Position numbers and translations under genes: made by a program
Source of the DNA: Scyliorhinus canicula
Lineage: Eukaryota
Assembly (NCBI RefSeq): GCF_902713615.1
Contig: NC_052159.1
Location: forward strand, 130,964,432 to 131,028,431
Direction: 5' to 3'
Length of the DNA stretch: 64,000 nt
Notes under the pieces: model-generated
Database searches by the model: none
Told to the model about the DNA's origin: nothing
The model's input: the letters and a program-made list of their open reading frames with translations, nothing else
Shown here: positions 39,573-50,857 of the stretch, in pieces
Layout: every line of letters begins with the position of its first letter
How positions within the stretch are numbered: the stretch's first letter is position 1

Positions 39573-40759
39573 GAGGATTTGCATTCCAAAGATTGTCAAG
39601 GGATTTGAAGCCCTTCAAAGTGTACTTGACTTTCGAGGAAGTTCCTAAAACTTGTAACAGATGCTGCTTTAAGCACTTGTGTTTGAGGCAGCAGATGTTA
39701 GGGAAGGGTAAGTGAAAATGCAGTGATATTTCACTCTACTGCCTGAACAACTTTCAGGCAGGGGTGGCTGATGGGAATCACTGACGGTGGGCTCTGATGG
39801 GTGGGTCAGTATGGGGAAGGGTCAAGTCATCCTCATGTGTGTGTGCATTGGCAGCTGACCCATTATTCCTATGGTGGGGGGAGGGGAGAATGTCCCTACT
39901 TGTCAGTGGGGGTGGTGGTGGTAGGGGGTGGGGGCGAGTGAAACAAGCACAGGGAATAGGCTCAGTATTTCCAACACCTGAGGTGTCTGAATTGATTTTG
40001 TGGTTCGGGCTGAACTTTCTAGCAGTGAATTCAAATCAGCAACAGACCTCAAGCTTTTACAAGCAGTTAACAATGCACTGGGAAAGGAAGTTTAGGTATT
40101 TTTTGCACGCCAAGTAATCTCAAGGCTCATGCTGATCTCACAGGCAGAACTGCCTTAATAGATACAGTTTAACCATTTTGTTGTGAGGAAATGTTTACAG
40201 AAGCAGATAGCATGTCGACTGTTTAACCATTGAGGTGATTTGCCACAATTTTCAGGCGCCATTTGAGCCTTCAATGAGGTGGACAGGATGTTTCTTTGAG
40301 CAGCAATGTTAGTTTCATCTGACGTTTCTTGGCAAATAAATTGAATCCTGTGCCATGAACAGATGCCAGAGGCATGCTTAAAGGGCTGACTGCTGCTTCA
40401 ACTGCCTGCTAGTGGTCATTAAGGAGGTTACTTGGCATTTTTGTAGTTTTTCCTGATGTCCTCTCCTGACAGCGATGAATTATTTCGGAGCAAGCAAGTA
40501 GCTGATGTGAATTTCAAATATCAGGAAATTGAATACTCCCCATTTGTCCATTGATCTCTGAAGGTGGAAGGGCAGGTTAATAGGGTAGCCTGGTATGGAA
40601 CATTTAACTTATGAAGAGAGGTTGGATAGGCTTGGGTTGCTTTCGCTGGAGCAGAGAAGACTGAGGGGCGACCTGCTCGATATGTACAAGATGATGAGGT
40701 GCATTGAAGGGTAGATAGGGAGCAGCCAATCCGCTTAGTTGAAGGGTCATTTACGAGGG

Positions 40760-41558
40760 AGCGTTCTGGCTGCGGGGGCTGTCCTGGTGGAGGGGGAGGG
40801 GGGATCCGACTCTGGGGGGGGGGCGGGGGGGGCTCCACAGTGGCTAGGCCGCGATTGGGGGCTACTGATCAGCGGACGGACTAATTCCGGGGAGGGGGCC
40901 AATGTTCCTCCGCGTTAGGCCCCTGTAGGGCTTCACCATGTTGCCTGGGGGCCGACGCGGAGATGACAACCCACACGCATGCGCGGACCAGCGCCACCTG
41001 TGCTGGTGCCCATATCGGCAGCTGGAGCTGGTGAAGCACTCCAGTGCCATTCTGTGCAGTATAGGATTGCTACTCCTAGCGGCCAGATGACTCCGTCATA
41101 AAACGCTCTGAAGTTTATGACAGTGTCAACATTTAGCCCCAGTATTGGAGAATCAGGCACCTTATCTTTGTCAGCTCCAAATCTAGGGCTGGATTCTCCA
41201 CGTCTGCCGACAGGACCACAGTCAGTGGAGGGCCAATCAGCGGGCAAGGGTAGGGGGGCTTCATTCGGGGCTGGGGGTAATGTGGGCGGGCGCGCGAGCG
41301 GCCGATGCGGTGCAATACTTTGATGGTCCAGGTCCACAGGCTGAGTGCGCCATGGAGCACAGCGCGGCTGCTGCAGGTCACTGCCGTGCGCATGTGCAAT
41401 CTCTGAACCGGAAGTGCTGGGGGCCCAATTAGCGTCTGGAGCTGCGAGCTCTACACTGCCTTCCACTAGCCCCCAGCAAAATAGGGAATCCGCGGCCTTT
41501 TGATGCCAGTTTTCATGATGGCATAGGGACATAGTCCTCAAAACGAAGGATCCAGCCC
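40760..41558. mobile_element. Two Harbinger MITEs (partial, about 40760-41160; complete, 41186-41558)
   Basis: TIRs GGGCTGGATTCTCC / GAAGGATCCAGCCC for the second; GGAGAATC end for the first. Confidence 0.75.
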
Positions 41559-41689
41559 CAAATCTCCTCCCCGAGCCCAAGAGCCAATGCTATTTATAGT
41601 ACTGTACCTTAGCTCCCTCTAGTGGCTAGGCTTAACATAAAATTAACTCTTCACAACATGCTGTACATTTGTATAATCTCACAGCAACC

Positions 41690-42000
41690 ATTGTTTGCAC
41701 TGGTTCATGGACTCCGAAGGTGCCTGCCTCTTTTGCGGCCTTGTGCAGTCTGTGGACTGTGTCTACGTTAAATGTTTTAGGCTGCACACCCTTTTTAGTT
41801 TCTTATCAAATCTTTTATTAAAGTTGTGTTCGCACTTCAGTCCCACACTCCTGATCAATGGGCACCTGGTACGCAGAGAAGTGAGGAAGAAGGAGGACCT
41901 CTTCGTGAATCTGTTCCTGGGCCTGGCAAAACTTGCCACTAACAGATCCAGGCAGCGGGCGACCACCGGGCACATCCAACTTGGCTGTCGACAGTGCCTG
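41690..42000 (+). mobile_element. L1/Tx1-clade LINE ORF2 C-terminal fragment
   Basis: CLFCGLVQSVDCVYVKC..LLINGH..LGLAKLA resembles the Tx1 C-terminal Zn-binding region. Confidence 0.65.
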
Positions 42001-42264
42001 CTTAAGGAGCAGCCCCTATGAATTTGTCCCTCAATTTGTTTATTCTAGTTTAATTGGTTGAACCATCAAGAGTTCAAACAGACTTGCCTTAATAGTGAGC
42101 ACCCATTTAAAGCCTGCTTTCTCTCTTTCGACAAAATAGCTCTCTTTATGACTGCACTTTGCAATATGCTTCTGCAGGACCTGTATCATTTACGGCCTTA
42201 TTACAGTATGTCCTCATTTAAATTTATGGTTGTGTTTTTGAAAATCATAGCTTTAAGTGAAGCA

Positions 42265-42690
42265 TTGCGGAATTCTCCCAATTCACAGCAGTGGTTCGAT
42301 GGCGGACATGGGGTAGGGGGAGAATATGGCAGGAAGCCCAGAAATTTATTTCCCGCCAGCGTGAGTTTACCATTAATGGGATGCAGATGAAGGCCCAACC
42401 CCTACGCCAGATTCCCCGTGATGCCAGTTGGAAAACATGCCAGTGGGATGCATGTTTGAGTCAACGTGGCTTCAGGTGTTGGGGCTCATCTGAACAGTGC
42501 CTGGGACTGCCCCCAGGGTTCAGAATAGAGGCTGACGGCAATCCTGGAACACACGGCAGTGGGTGGGAGGAGCCGTCCGGACCCTGCCACGCAATACGGT
42601 GCAAGGCACTGAGGTGCAAAATTAACCAAGTTGCATAAGACAATTTGCCGTGTTTTCCCGCCCGTCTTGGCAGCGGGAATCATTCCGGGT
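42265..42690. mobile_element. Older Harbinger-type MITE
   Basis: Degenerate GCGGAATTCTCC..GGGAATCATTCC termini; GC-rich. Confidence 0.5.
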
Positions 42691-43704
42691 TCCCTACCCC
42701 ACCACAGGACTAAGTTTAGAAATGGAAAAATTCCCATTTAAAATGAGGTTAGCCTTCCTTATTCGAAAAAACAAATATTAAAATATTATACCCCCGAAAT
42801 TGAATTATTTAACATTACTAAAGGCTTACGTTGGTAAATGAAATAACTTTTTAAATAAAATAAGCCTAAAATATCGCCACAGATCCTGCTTCCAATACCT
42901 CCCAACACCCCCCCCCCCCCCCCCCCCCCCGATCCTCCTAGTCATTGAGATCCTCCTCATCCAACACTCTAGATTGTGGCCTCTCCCCTTCCCCGACCTC
43001 TGAGTTGTGCCCCACACCCCCCTGCTCCCCTATGTCCTCTCGCTGAACCTTCCACTCCCTGACTCATTCCCTTGCTGCTTCCCTTTCCTGAAGATCCGTT
43101 GAAGATTGCGATGCAATCCGAAGCTGCAGTTCAGTTATTATGTGAATGCCACTGGTACAGAAGCGTTGAGCTGAGGCTGCTACAATCCATATTTTATTCA
43201 AATGTGTTTGCGGGTCACTTCTCCCCTGACCCCTCATTGTGAGAGGGGCTAAGGAGAAGAGCAGGGAAACAATCATTTCTTTTTTAAATTGGAAAGGCCC
43301 CAACCTGGATGTTAGCAGGTGAGGGTGTGGGAGATGAGGCTGAATCTTGGTAGTTAGGGAATGAAGAGGATGCAACTCAGAGGTTGGGAGCAGGGAGAAG
43401 ACACACATTAGAGGTCGAGGAGGAGGGGAGGCCATAACTCTGAGGTAGAAGATTGCAGAGGCTGCAACACCGAGGTCGGGGAGTAGAGAGAACCACAACC
43501 TGGAAGCTGGGGAGAGGCTTCTCCAGAATGGCGTCAATCTGTTACATACGAAGTTACGTCAAAACGAATCTTGCGACGGCCAATAAGATTACATGTCTCA
43601 TTAGCTTACTGATGGTAAAGCAAAACAACGCTAAACAGGAAAATGTTAAACTAGGATTTACTACAGTATGCAGACAGAAAATCAGTTGCTATCAATCTTT
43701 TAAT

Positions 43705-44033
43705 GGTAGAATTTACAGTCAGAAGGTGGCCATTCGGCCCATTAAATCTGCACCATCATTTGGAAAGAGCACCCGGCTCAAACCCACGCCTCCACCCTAT
43801 CCCTGTAACCCAACCTAACCTTTTGTACACTAAGGGGCAATTTATCATGGCCAATCCACCTCAGCTAAACATCTTTGGACTGTGGGAGGAAACCGGAGCA
43901 CCTAGAGGAAACCGCACACAGACACGGAGAGAAAGTGCAAGCTCCACACAGACAATCACCCAAGACTGGAATTGAACCCGGGACCCAGGAGCTGTGAGGC
44001 AGAAGTGCTAACCACTGTGCCAACGTGCCTCCC
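43705..44033 (-). mobile_element. HE1-type V-SINE
   Basis: Head, V-domain and tail. Confidence 0.88.
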
Positions 44034-44724
44034 TAAAGTCCTAAAGTGTGATGAGTGATTTATTTATGTTGTGCTGCTGACCAAGGATTCAACTTTCGTT
44101 CTTTATTCCTTGGTGTCTCCAATGTGGATTTCTGCCAGGTAGAAGATTAAAGAAAGAGGATTAGCAGCAAGAATTTAGCGAGTGGATTTTCTGGTTGAGG
44201 CCTGGACGGTGCTTTTTTTTCCATCACAGTTTCCATTGGGAAAAGGAAAGGATTTTTTTTTCAAACTTTGATTTGAAATAACTGGGTTTCCCGGAGGTTT
44301 CGGTGCGTTGTTTACCCCGATGGGCCTCGAGATTAAAGGCTGGAGTTTCTGGCCCATCCACCACCTGGATCATCTAGCCCCACTAAAATTCAATGGCATC
44401 CTAATTGAGCTGCCGCATCCCCCTGCTCCAGGTGCCTCTACGGCAGGGCCAGGAAATCCCAGCCAAAGGATTGGAAATGGAAGATTTTTCCAGGAGTTAA
44501 TTGCTGATTTATTGGAGAGGAAACAGCGAATTTAGATGAACACAAATGAGAGACAATTGTTGCAACACAGCTGGGTTAACTTTACAGGATGGCGCATGAC
44601 AATTGTTGCAGTCTGTTTGGGCACAATGTTTGAGTTAGGAATGAGGCATTATTGTAAAGAAACAGACAACTATTGGCAAAATCTTCAGGGAATTGAAATA
44701 GAAGGAACGATTTAAATAGAAGAG

Positions 44725-44990
44725 GGGCAGCAAGGTGGCAGAGTGGTTAGCGCTGCGGCCTCGCAGCCCCAGAGAACCGGCTCAATTCTGGCCTGGGGTG
44801 ACTGTGTGGAGTTTGCACATTCTCCCCATGTCTGTGGGGGTTTCTGCCGGGTGCTCCAGTTCCTTCTTACAGTCCAATGATGTGAAGGTTAGATGGGGTT
44901 ATGGGAATAGGGCATGGGAGTGGGCCTCAGTGGGGTGGCCTGTCAGAGGGTCGATACAGACTCAATGGGCCAAATGGCCTCCTTTTTGTC
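44725..44990 (+). mobile_element. HE1-type V-SINE
   Basis: Head, V-domain and tail. Confidence 0.85.
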
Positions 44991-45339
44991 GGGATGCAAC
45001 ATTTCGAGCGCTTTACCAATTATTTCTGACTTGGGAAGTATTGATGGTGCCAGATAAAATGGAGCTTGTTCTAAATCTAAAGCTGTGATTTTGTCAAAAC
45101 AAGAGGTGCCCACAGCATAATCACAATCTGAAATGAATGATACGCGAAACAAAGATGAAATTAGTTAATAAATCAACCTGCTTTTAAAATGAAGGCTATA
45201 AGAAAAGAATATTTCGGCATGATCCTTCAGTGGGCCAACCCTTTCCCTGGTTACCCTCTTGCTTTTTACACGTACATAAAAAGCAACAAGGTAGCCAGGG
45301 AAAGGGTTGGCCCACTGAAGGACAGGGGAGGGAATCTAT

Positions 45340-46037
45340 GGGCGCGATTCTCCGCTTCCCACGCCGGGTGGGAGAATCGCGGGAGGGCCGGGCGAATCAC
45401 GACACGCTGCCCTGGCACCCTCCCACCCCCCACAAAATGGCGTGTCGTGGAATCGCCGCTCGCCGTTTTTCACGGCGACTGGTGATTCTCCAGCCCGGAT
45501 GGGCCGAGCGGCCTGATGTTCCCGACCTGTTCACGCCGGCGGCAACCACACCTGGTCGCTGCCGGCGTGAGCATAGCGCGAAAGGTACGTTTGGGGCCTG
45601 TGGGGGGTGGAGAGGGGATTGAGCACCATGGCCGTGCTCGGGAGGGGACTGGCCAGCGATCAGTGCCCACCGATTGTCGGGCCGGTGTCTCCAAGAGACT
45701 CACTCTTTCCCCTCTACCTCCCCGCAAGATCAAGCCACCACGTCTTGTGGGGCAGCGGAGGGGAAGATGGCAACTGCACATGCGCGGGTTGGAGTCGGCC
45801 AACCAGCGCATACGCGGCTGACATCACTTAGGTGCCGCCGTCGCGTCATTCTTGGCGCGCCGCTTTGACGCAAACATGAAGGCCCGGCGGCCGAGTTTCT
45901 CACAACGCCGCTCCTAGCCCCCTGGGGTGGGGGAGGGAGTGAGTAGGGTGTGAGGAGCGGCCTCCGACACCGTCGTGAAACTCAGCCAAGTTCACGACGA
46001 CCTTCCCGATGCCGCGCAGGAGCGGAGAATCGCGCCC
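45340..46037. mobile_element. Harbinger MITE, non-autonomous partner of 46158-52697
   Basis: TIR GGGCGCGATTCTCCGCT at both ends; TSD TAT; the right ~70 bp match the left end of the large element. Confidence 0.93.
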
Positions 46038-46410
46038 TATGTGTGGAGCCAGAGGAAATGGGCAAGGTACTAAATTAATACTTTGCATCATCATTCACCA
46101 AAGAGAAGGAATTGGTGGATGTTGAGTCTGGATCACATTGAGATCCAAAAACACGAGGGGCGCGATTCTCCGCTCCCGCGCTGTCTCGGGAAGGCCGTCG
46201 TGAACTCGGCCGAGTTTCACGATGGCTCGACACGGCACCGTTCCCGATCGATTCTGGCCCCGGAAATGGACTAGGAGCGGGGCCGCGGGAAACACGTGGG
46301 GAATGACGGCAAAAGCCCGCGACACCCGAAAGACGCTAGAATGACGCCCGAGTGACACCGCTCCGCGTCGTAAAAGGGGGCGAGCGACGACAACAAGTGA
46401 GGGGGTGAAA

Positions 46411-48645
46411 ATGACGGAGCCACGGAGGGCCGCCCCGAGGATCGGAGAGACTGACCTCGAGACCCTCCTCGATGAGGTGGAGCAATGGAGGGGCTTCATC
46501 TGCCCTAGAAGAGGGCATCACCACCCTGCCAGCGTTGTGCGACGGGCCTGGCGTGAGGTGGGCACGGCAGCGAGTGCTGTGGGGAAGACCCCTCGGCCTG
46601 GGGAGCAATGCCGGAAGAAGCTCCACGACCTCACCAGGGCTGCCAGGGTGCCAAGAGGGTGCCCCTGGGTCACAACAATCCCCCCCCATGTCCCACATCA
46701 CCCCCCCCCCCCCCCCCACCGGGCACTAGGGGGAGAGGAAGAGGGGCGAGAGTGAGTGGAGGGTGGTTAACAAAGTTGTCACAGACCCACATGAGCACTG
46801 TGACCCCCTGGAGAGATGCCATGGTGTAGCTGCAACTTTCCCCCCAACCTGTGCCAATATCTGAACGCCCTGATGTTCCCTGCTGAATTGTGATGATATA
46901 TCAATGCCCCCCCCCCCCCCGCCCCCCCAACAGGACAAGACTGCTCACAACAACCGGGAGCGGTACAGGCCTGGAGGGGGTTCACCCATTCTGCACCCCC
47001 TGACAGTCTTTGAACAGAGGGCTCTGGACCTTGCTGGGGGATCTGGCACCCGGGAGGTCGCGCAATGCGAGGTTGGTGGGGCAGAACCAGGTGAGACAAC
47101 CCTGCATGACAACCCCCCCCCCCCCCCAAGCCCATCCTCTGTCCCCTCACACTCTACCCACTGGACCCCCCCCATCCTTTGTCCCCTCACACTCTACTCA
47201 CTGGACCATCCTACGCCCGGCCGAGCGTGTCTAACTAACCCCGTATTATTCTGTTCCCTAAGGCGCGGTTACGAACGTCCAGGGCCGCCTGCTGCCACAC
47301 ACAGGTGCCCATCTGCCACGACCACCGCACCCAGGGCCGCACGCCAGAGAGTGGCAGGAGGTCAGCCAGGAATGCCATCCTCCCAACCCGGGACCGTCGA
47401 GCAGGACGCACACAGGACGGCGACACACTCAACAGAGTCACCTGAGGGAGAACCAGACTTGGGCCGCGTGCAGCCTGCGGTCAGATATGACTGGGACGAG
47501 GACACTGCTGATTTTATGACGGACGAGGACCTAGAGCTTGCGGCACTTCTGTCTCCCACACCATCCACCATCCCAGAGACACTCACCTCGGTTGGCCAAT
47601 TAAGTGATCAGGCTCCTGGGTCACGGTCTGGTGCGCACCACACAGCAGAGCCGGTGGACAGCCGATGCATTTTGAAACCCAGAGACACAATGACGGGATG
47701 AGGGCCGTCTTCCAGAAGCTGCAGACGCTGTTAGAGGAGTCAAACCAGGGAGTGGTGGCGCTCATGGCAGCCACCCAGGCCGACACCGCACGGGTGGCAT
47801 CCGCGGTTGAGGCAATGGGTGAAACGGTTTCGGCAATGGATCAGGTTCTGCAAGGCGTTAGGCTTCATGTGCACGCGTCATCCTCGGCCCTGGACAGGGC
47901 TGCCTTCTCACAGGCAGCAATGCGCCAGAGCCAAAACAACATTGCCGGCGCGCTACGGGCCCTGGCCGAGTCTCACCAGGCCATGGCCCAGTCCCAGCAC
48001 GCCATGGCACAGTCCCAGCAGGTCATGGCACAGTCCCAGCAGCCCATGGCACAGTCCCAGCACGCCATGGCACAGTCATATCAGTCAGTCGCGGAGAGCA
48101 TCGACCACCTGACACATGTGCTGGATGGCGTCGCGCAGTCACAGGTTTAAGTCGCACAGTCCCTGGCGGGAATGTTTAACTCCCTGGACTCCGTCTCAGC
48201 GAACCTTCGGACCCTGGTCGATACCGTTGCAGGCCTCCAGGACATTCAGCGCCAGGTGTTGGTGGGGCGACGGGGCACCTCCCCGCTCGCACCTCCGTCC
48301 CACAGTGAGGCCCGGGAGCCACCGGGCTCCCCGAGGGAGGAGGAGGTTCTGGGGCCCGTTCCTTTAACTCCATCACGGGACGTCCCCGAACGGTCGGCCT
48401 CCCCCCGTCCCATCCCTGGTGCATCGGGTGGGCAGCGGGCAGAGCAGGGTGGCACCATGTCATCCGAAACGCCCGCGGAGCAGCCTGGCCCATCAAGGCC
48501 GGGTCACCCCAGGAAACGAGTGCCGACGGGGAGACATGTCGCGGGGCGTGATTCTCAGCAGTCCGCCTCCGCTCCTGCTGTATCATCTGGGGATTCACTT
48601 AGACGTAGTGGTAGGGCCCGTAAGGCAACGAAGAGGGACACATAG
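46411..48645 (+). pseudogene. Harbinger Myb/SANT-like DNA-binding protein gene (exons about 46411-46647, 46934-47090, 47263-48645; frameshifts and a stop in the last exon)
   Basis: APRIGETDLETLLDEV..AWREV..QCRKKLHDL trihelix; DKTAHNNRER..GGG..LTVFEQRAL; in-phase GT/AG sites, branch point CTAAC near 47231; ATTAAA near 48713. Confidence 0.88.
47978..48080 (+). repeat. 21-bp coding tandem repeat (AMAQSQH/Q heptads), about 5 units
   Basis: GCCATGGCACAGTCCCAGCAN repeated. Confidence 0.9.
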
Positions 48646-48941
48646 TAAGTTGGCACGGGTGAAGGGCACAGTTTAGTTGTAGGGGCTAGGGCATCTGTAC
48701 ATAATATTCACCATTAAACTCACTGTTGTACCTAACTTGTAAGACTGCGATTTTTCCGTTGCCACAGGGATCGTGATGGTGACCGAGTGTCGCTGGGGTT
48801 GACGAGCGGTGAAACTTCGGTGCCAGGTGTGCAGTCCCTTCCCCCCCTCCCACCCACCCCCTCCCACAGCTACCCCACGCGGGCACGTGATGGAGTGTCC
48901 CTGATGAACTCAGCGACCACCGAGATGGATGGTTCAGCTCT

Positions 48942-49019
48942 TGCCATGAGTCAGACTTTGTCTAACGATTCTGAGCTCACAGCTCATCGCAGAGCGGGCT
49001 GTCATCATTCAACATGGCA
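48942..49019 (-). ncRNA. Candidate box C/D (K-turn) small RNA inside Harbinger
   Basis: Minus strand: TGCCATG stem, box C ATGATGA, box D CTGA, CATGGCA stem; homolog at 56974-57053. Confidence 0.45.
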
Positions 49020-49205
49020 CTGATCACACCCGCTGACACAGCCATCAATGTCGTGCCATACCGTTTTGCCGCAGTGGTAAGGGTGATCTCAAAGTGGAGC
49101 AGTGTACGCAGAGCGGGGGTGCGGGGGGGGGGGGGAGGGTGGTGGTGGTGGCAGTTGTGTGTTGACCGTCTGCACGACTGGCAATGCAGGTGGTAGTGGT
49201 AGTGT

Positions 49206-50535
49206 TCAGCGGTGCCGTCGCGCACGATGCGTGAATCTTGCTGCCACCAAGGCATCGCGTGCCCGCTGTCCTCGCCGGTGCCGTCGTGCAGCCTCCTGGA
49301 CATCACCAGCACCCGGGTTGTGTCTGTGTGCTGCGCCCGACGCACCACCAACCTCCTCCACCTCCTCCTCCTCCTCCTCCGTCTCCGTGTTGGCACCACT
49401 GCCAGTGGCTTCTGCCTCCGACTCCTCCACCAGGGCATCTCCCCTCTGCATCGCTATCTTGTGCAGCACACAGCAGACCACAACAATGCGAGCGACCCTG
49501 TCGGGCTGGTACTGCAGGGCCCCTCTGGAGCGGTCCAGGCACCTGAATCTCATTTTCAGCAGACCGAAGCAGCGCTCCACCACACCCCTGGTTGCTGCAT
49601 GGGCCTCATTGTAAAGGGTCTCCGCGTTGGTCTGAGGCATCCGTATGGGCGTCATCAGTCAAGACCTCAGTGGATAACCCCTGTTGCCCAGCAACCAGCC
49701 CCTCAGCCGGGGGGGCCGTCCCTCAAACATAGCAGGGATGAATGACTGCGCAAGAATGTACGCATCATGCACACTTCCAGGGAACCTTGCGCACACGTGC
49801 ATGATCTTCATGTGGGAGTCGCATACCACCTGGATGTTCATGGAGTATGTCCCCCTCCTGTTTGTGAACACTTCCCTGTTGCCTGCAGGTGGGCGTATGG
49901 GGACGTGAACACAATCAATGACCCCCTGGACCATCGGTATCCCAGCCACGTTGGCAAATGCACAGGCTCGTGCATCTTGACTTGCTTAGTCCTCGGGAAA
50001 GGTGATGTAGTGGTCGGCGATGGCATACAGGGCGTCGGTCACATCCCGGATGCACCTGTGCTCCGATGTCTGGGAGATCCCGGATAGGTCCCCGCTCGGA
50101 GACTGGAAGGAGCCGGTCGCATAAAGGTTAAGTGCCACCGTCACCTTGACGGCAACCGGTATCGCGTTTCCTCCTTCCGTTCCATGTGGGGCGAGGTGCG
50201 ACACGATTTGGCAGATATGTGCGACCCTCTCTCTGCTCAACCGGAGTCTCCTCCTGCAGGTGATGTTCGGCATTGTCTTGAAAGAGAGCCGGCCACGGTA
50301 CACCCTAGGCCTCGCTCGTCACCTCTGGCGCCCTGGCTCCACCATCAATACCTCCTCCTCCTCCTCCTCCTCCCCCATGCTGCTCGACGACGGGCCACTC
50401 CGCGGCCATTCCCTCTGCTGCTGCAGCTGCCCCTGCATCCACTGTGGGATGTGGTTGTGGACGCTGCTGGATGTCCAACTGCAGTGCAGCGGCCCCAACC
50501 ACTGCGCTGGACACAGGTGTTCGGTTAGAATACAT
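49206..50535 (-). pseudogene. Harbinger (HARBI1-like, DDE_Tnp_4) transposase
   Basis: RPRVYR, LYATGSFQ, GVIDCVHV, SMNIQVVCD, PGSVHDA, LLGNRGYPL (catalytic D to N), YNEAH..RGVVERCFGLLKMRFRCL; in-frame stops at about 49986 and 49659, frameshift near 50305. Confidence 0.93.
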
Positions 50536-50857
50536 TCTGGTCACCTACAGAAGGGTGGTGGGGGGCAGAGGAACAACATGTTAGACGGAGGTTAGTCGAC
50601 ACCTCGGCAGCCACCTGCCACGGGATACCTATGTGTCCCGGTGGCCTGGTCGCGCTGCTGACACGTCGCCAACCTAACCCCTGGTCACTTTGTGCGTCCA
50701 ACGGGCAGTTAACAACACGTCCTCCTCACCGGTGCGTCAGTGGGCTGTGGCCATCAGCCACAGGGCAACCAGCGGCCTTGTCCTCGTCACCGTCCTGCCA
50801 TGGCAGGGAGGCTGACATGTTGCTTCAAGGGGTGGACGACCCAGTCCACTCACTCCC

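Noticed and set aside
48899-48940. CTGATGA as a hammerhead ribozyme core
   Set aside because: No GAAA after a stem II and no stem III; not kept in the second copy.
49659-49661. In-frame TGA read as selenocysteine with the 3'-UTR element as a SECIS
   Set aside because: The position is normally Trp (TGG to TGA), other lesions exist, and the element lacks the SECIS helix II and apical AAR geometry.
49206-50535. Host HARBI1/NAIF1 domesticated genes
   Set aside because: Lies inside TIRs with a TSD and carries stops, a frameshift and a catalytic D to N change; it is a transposon copy.
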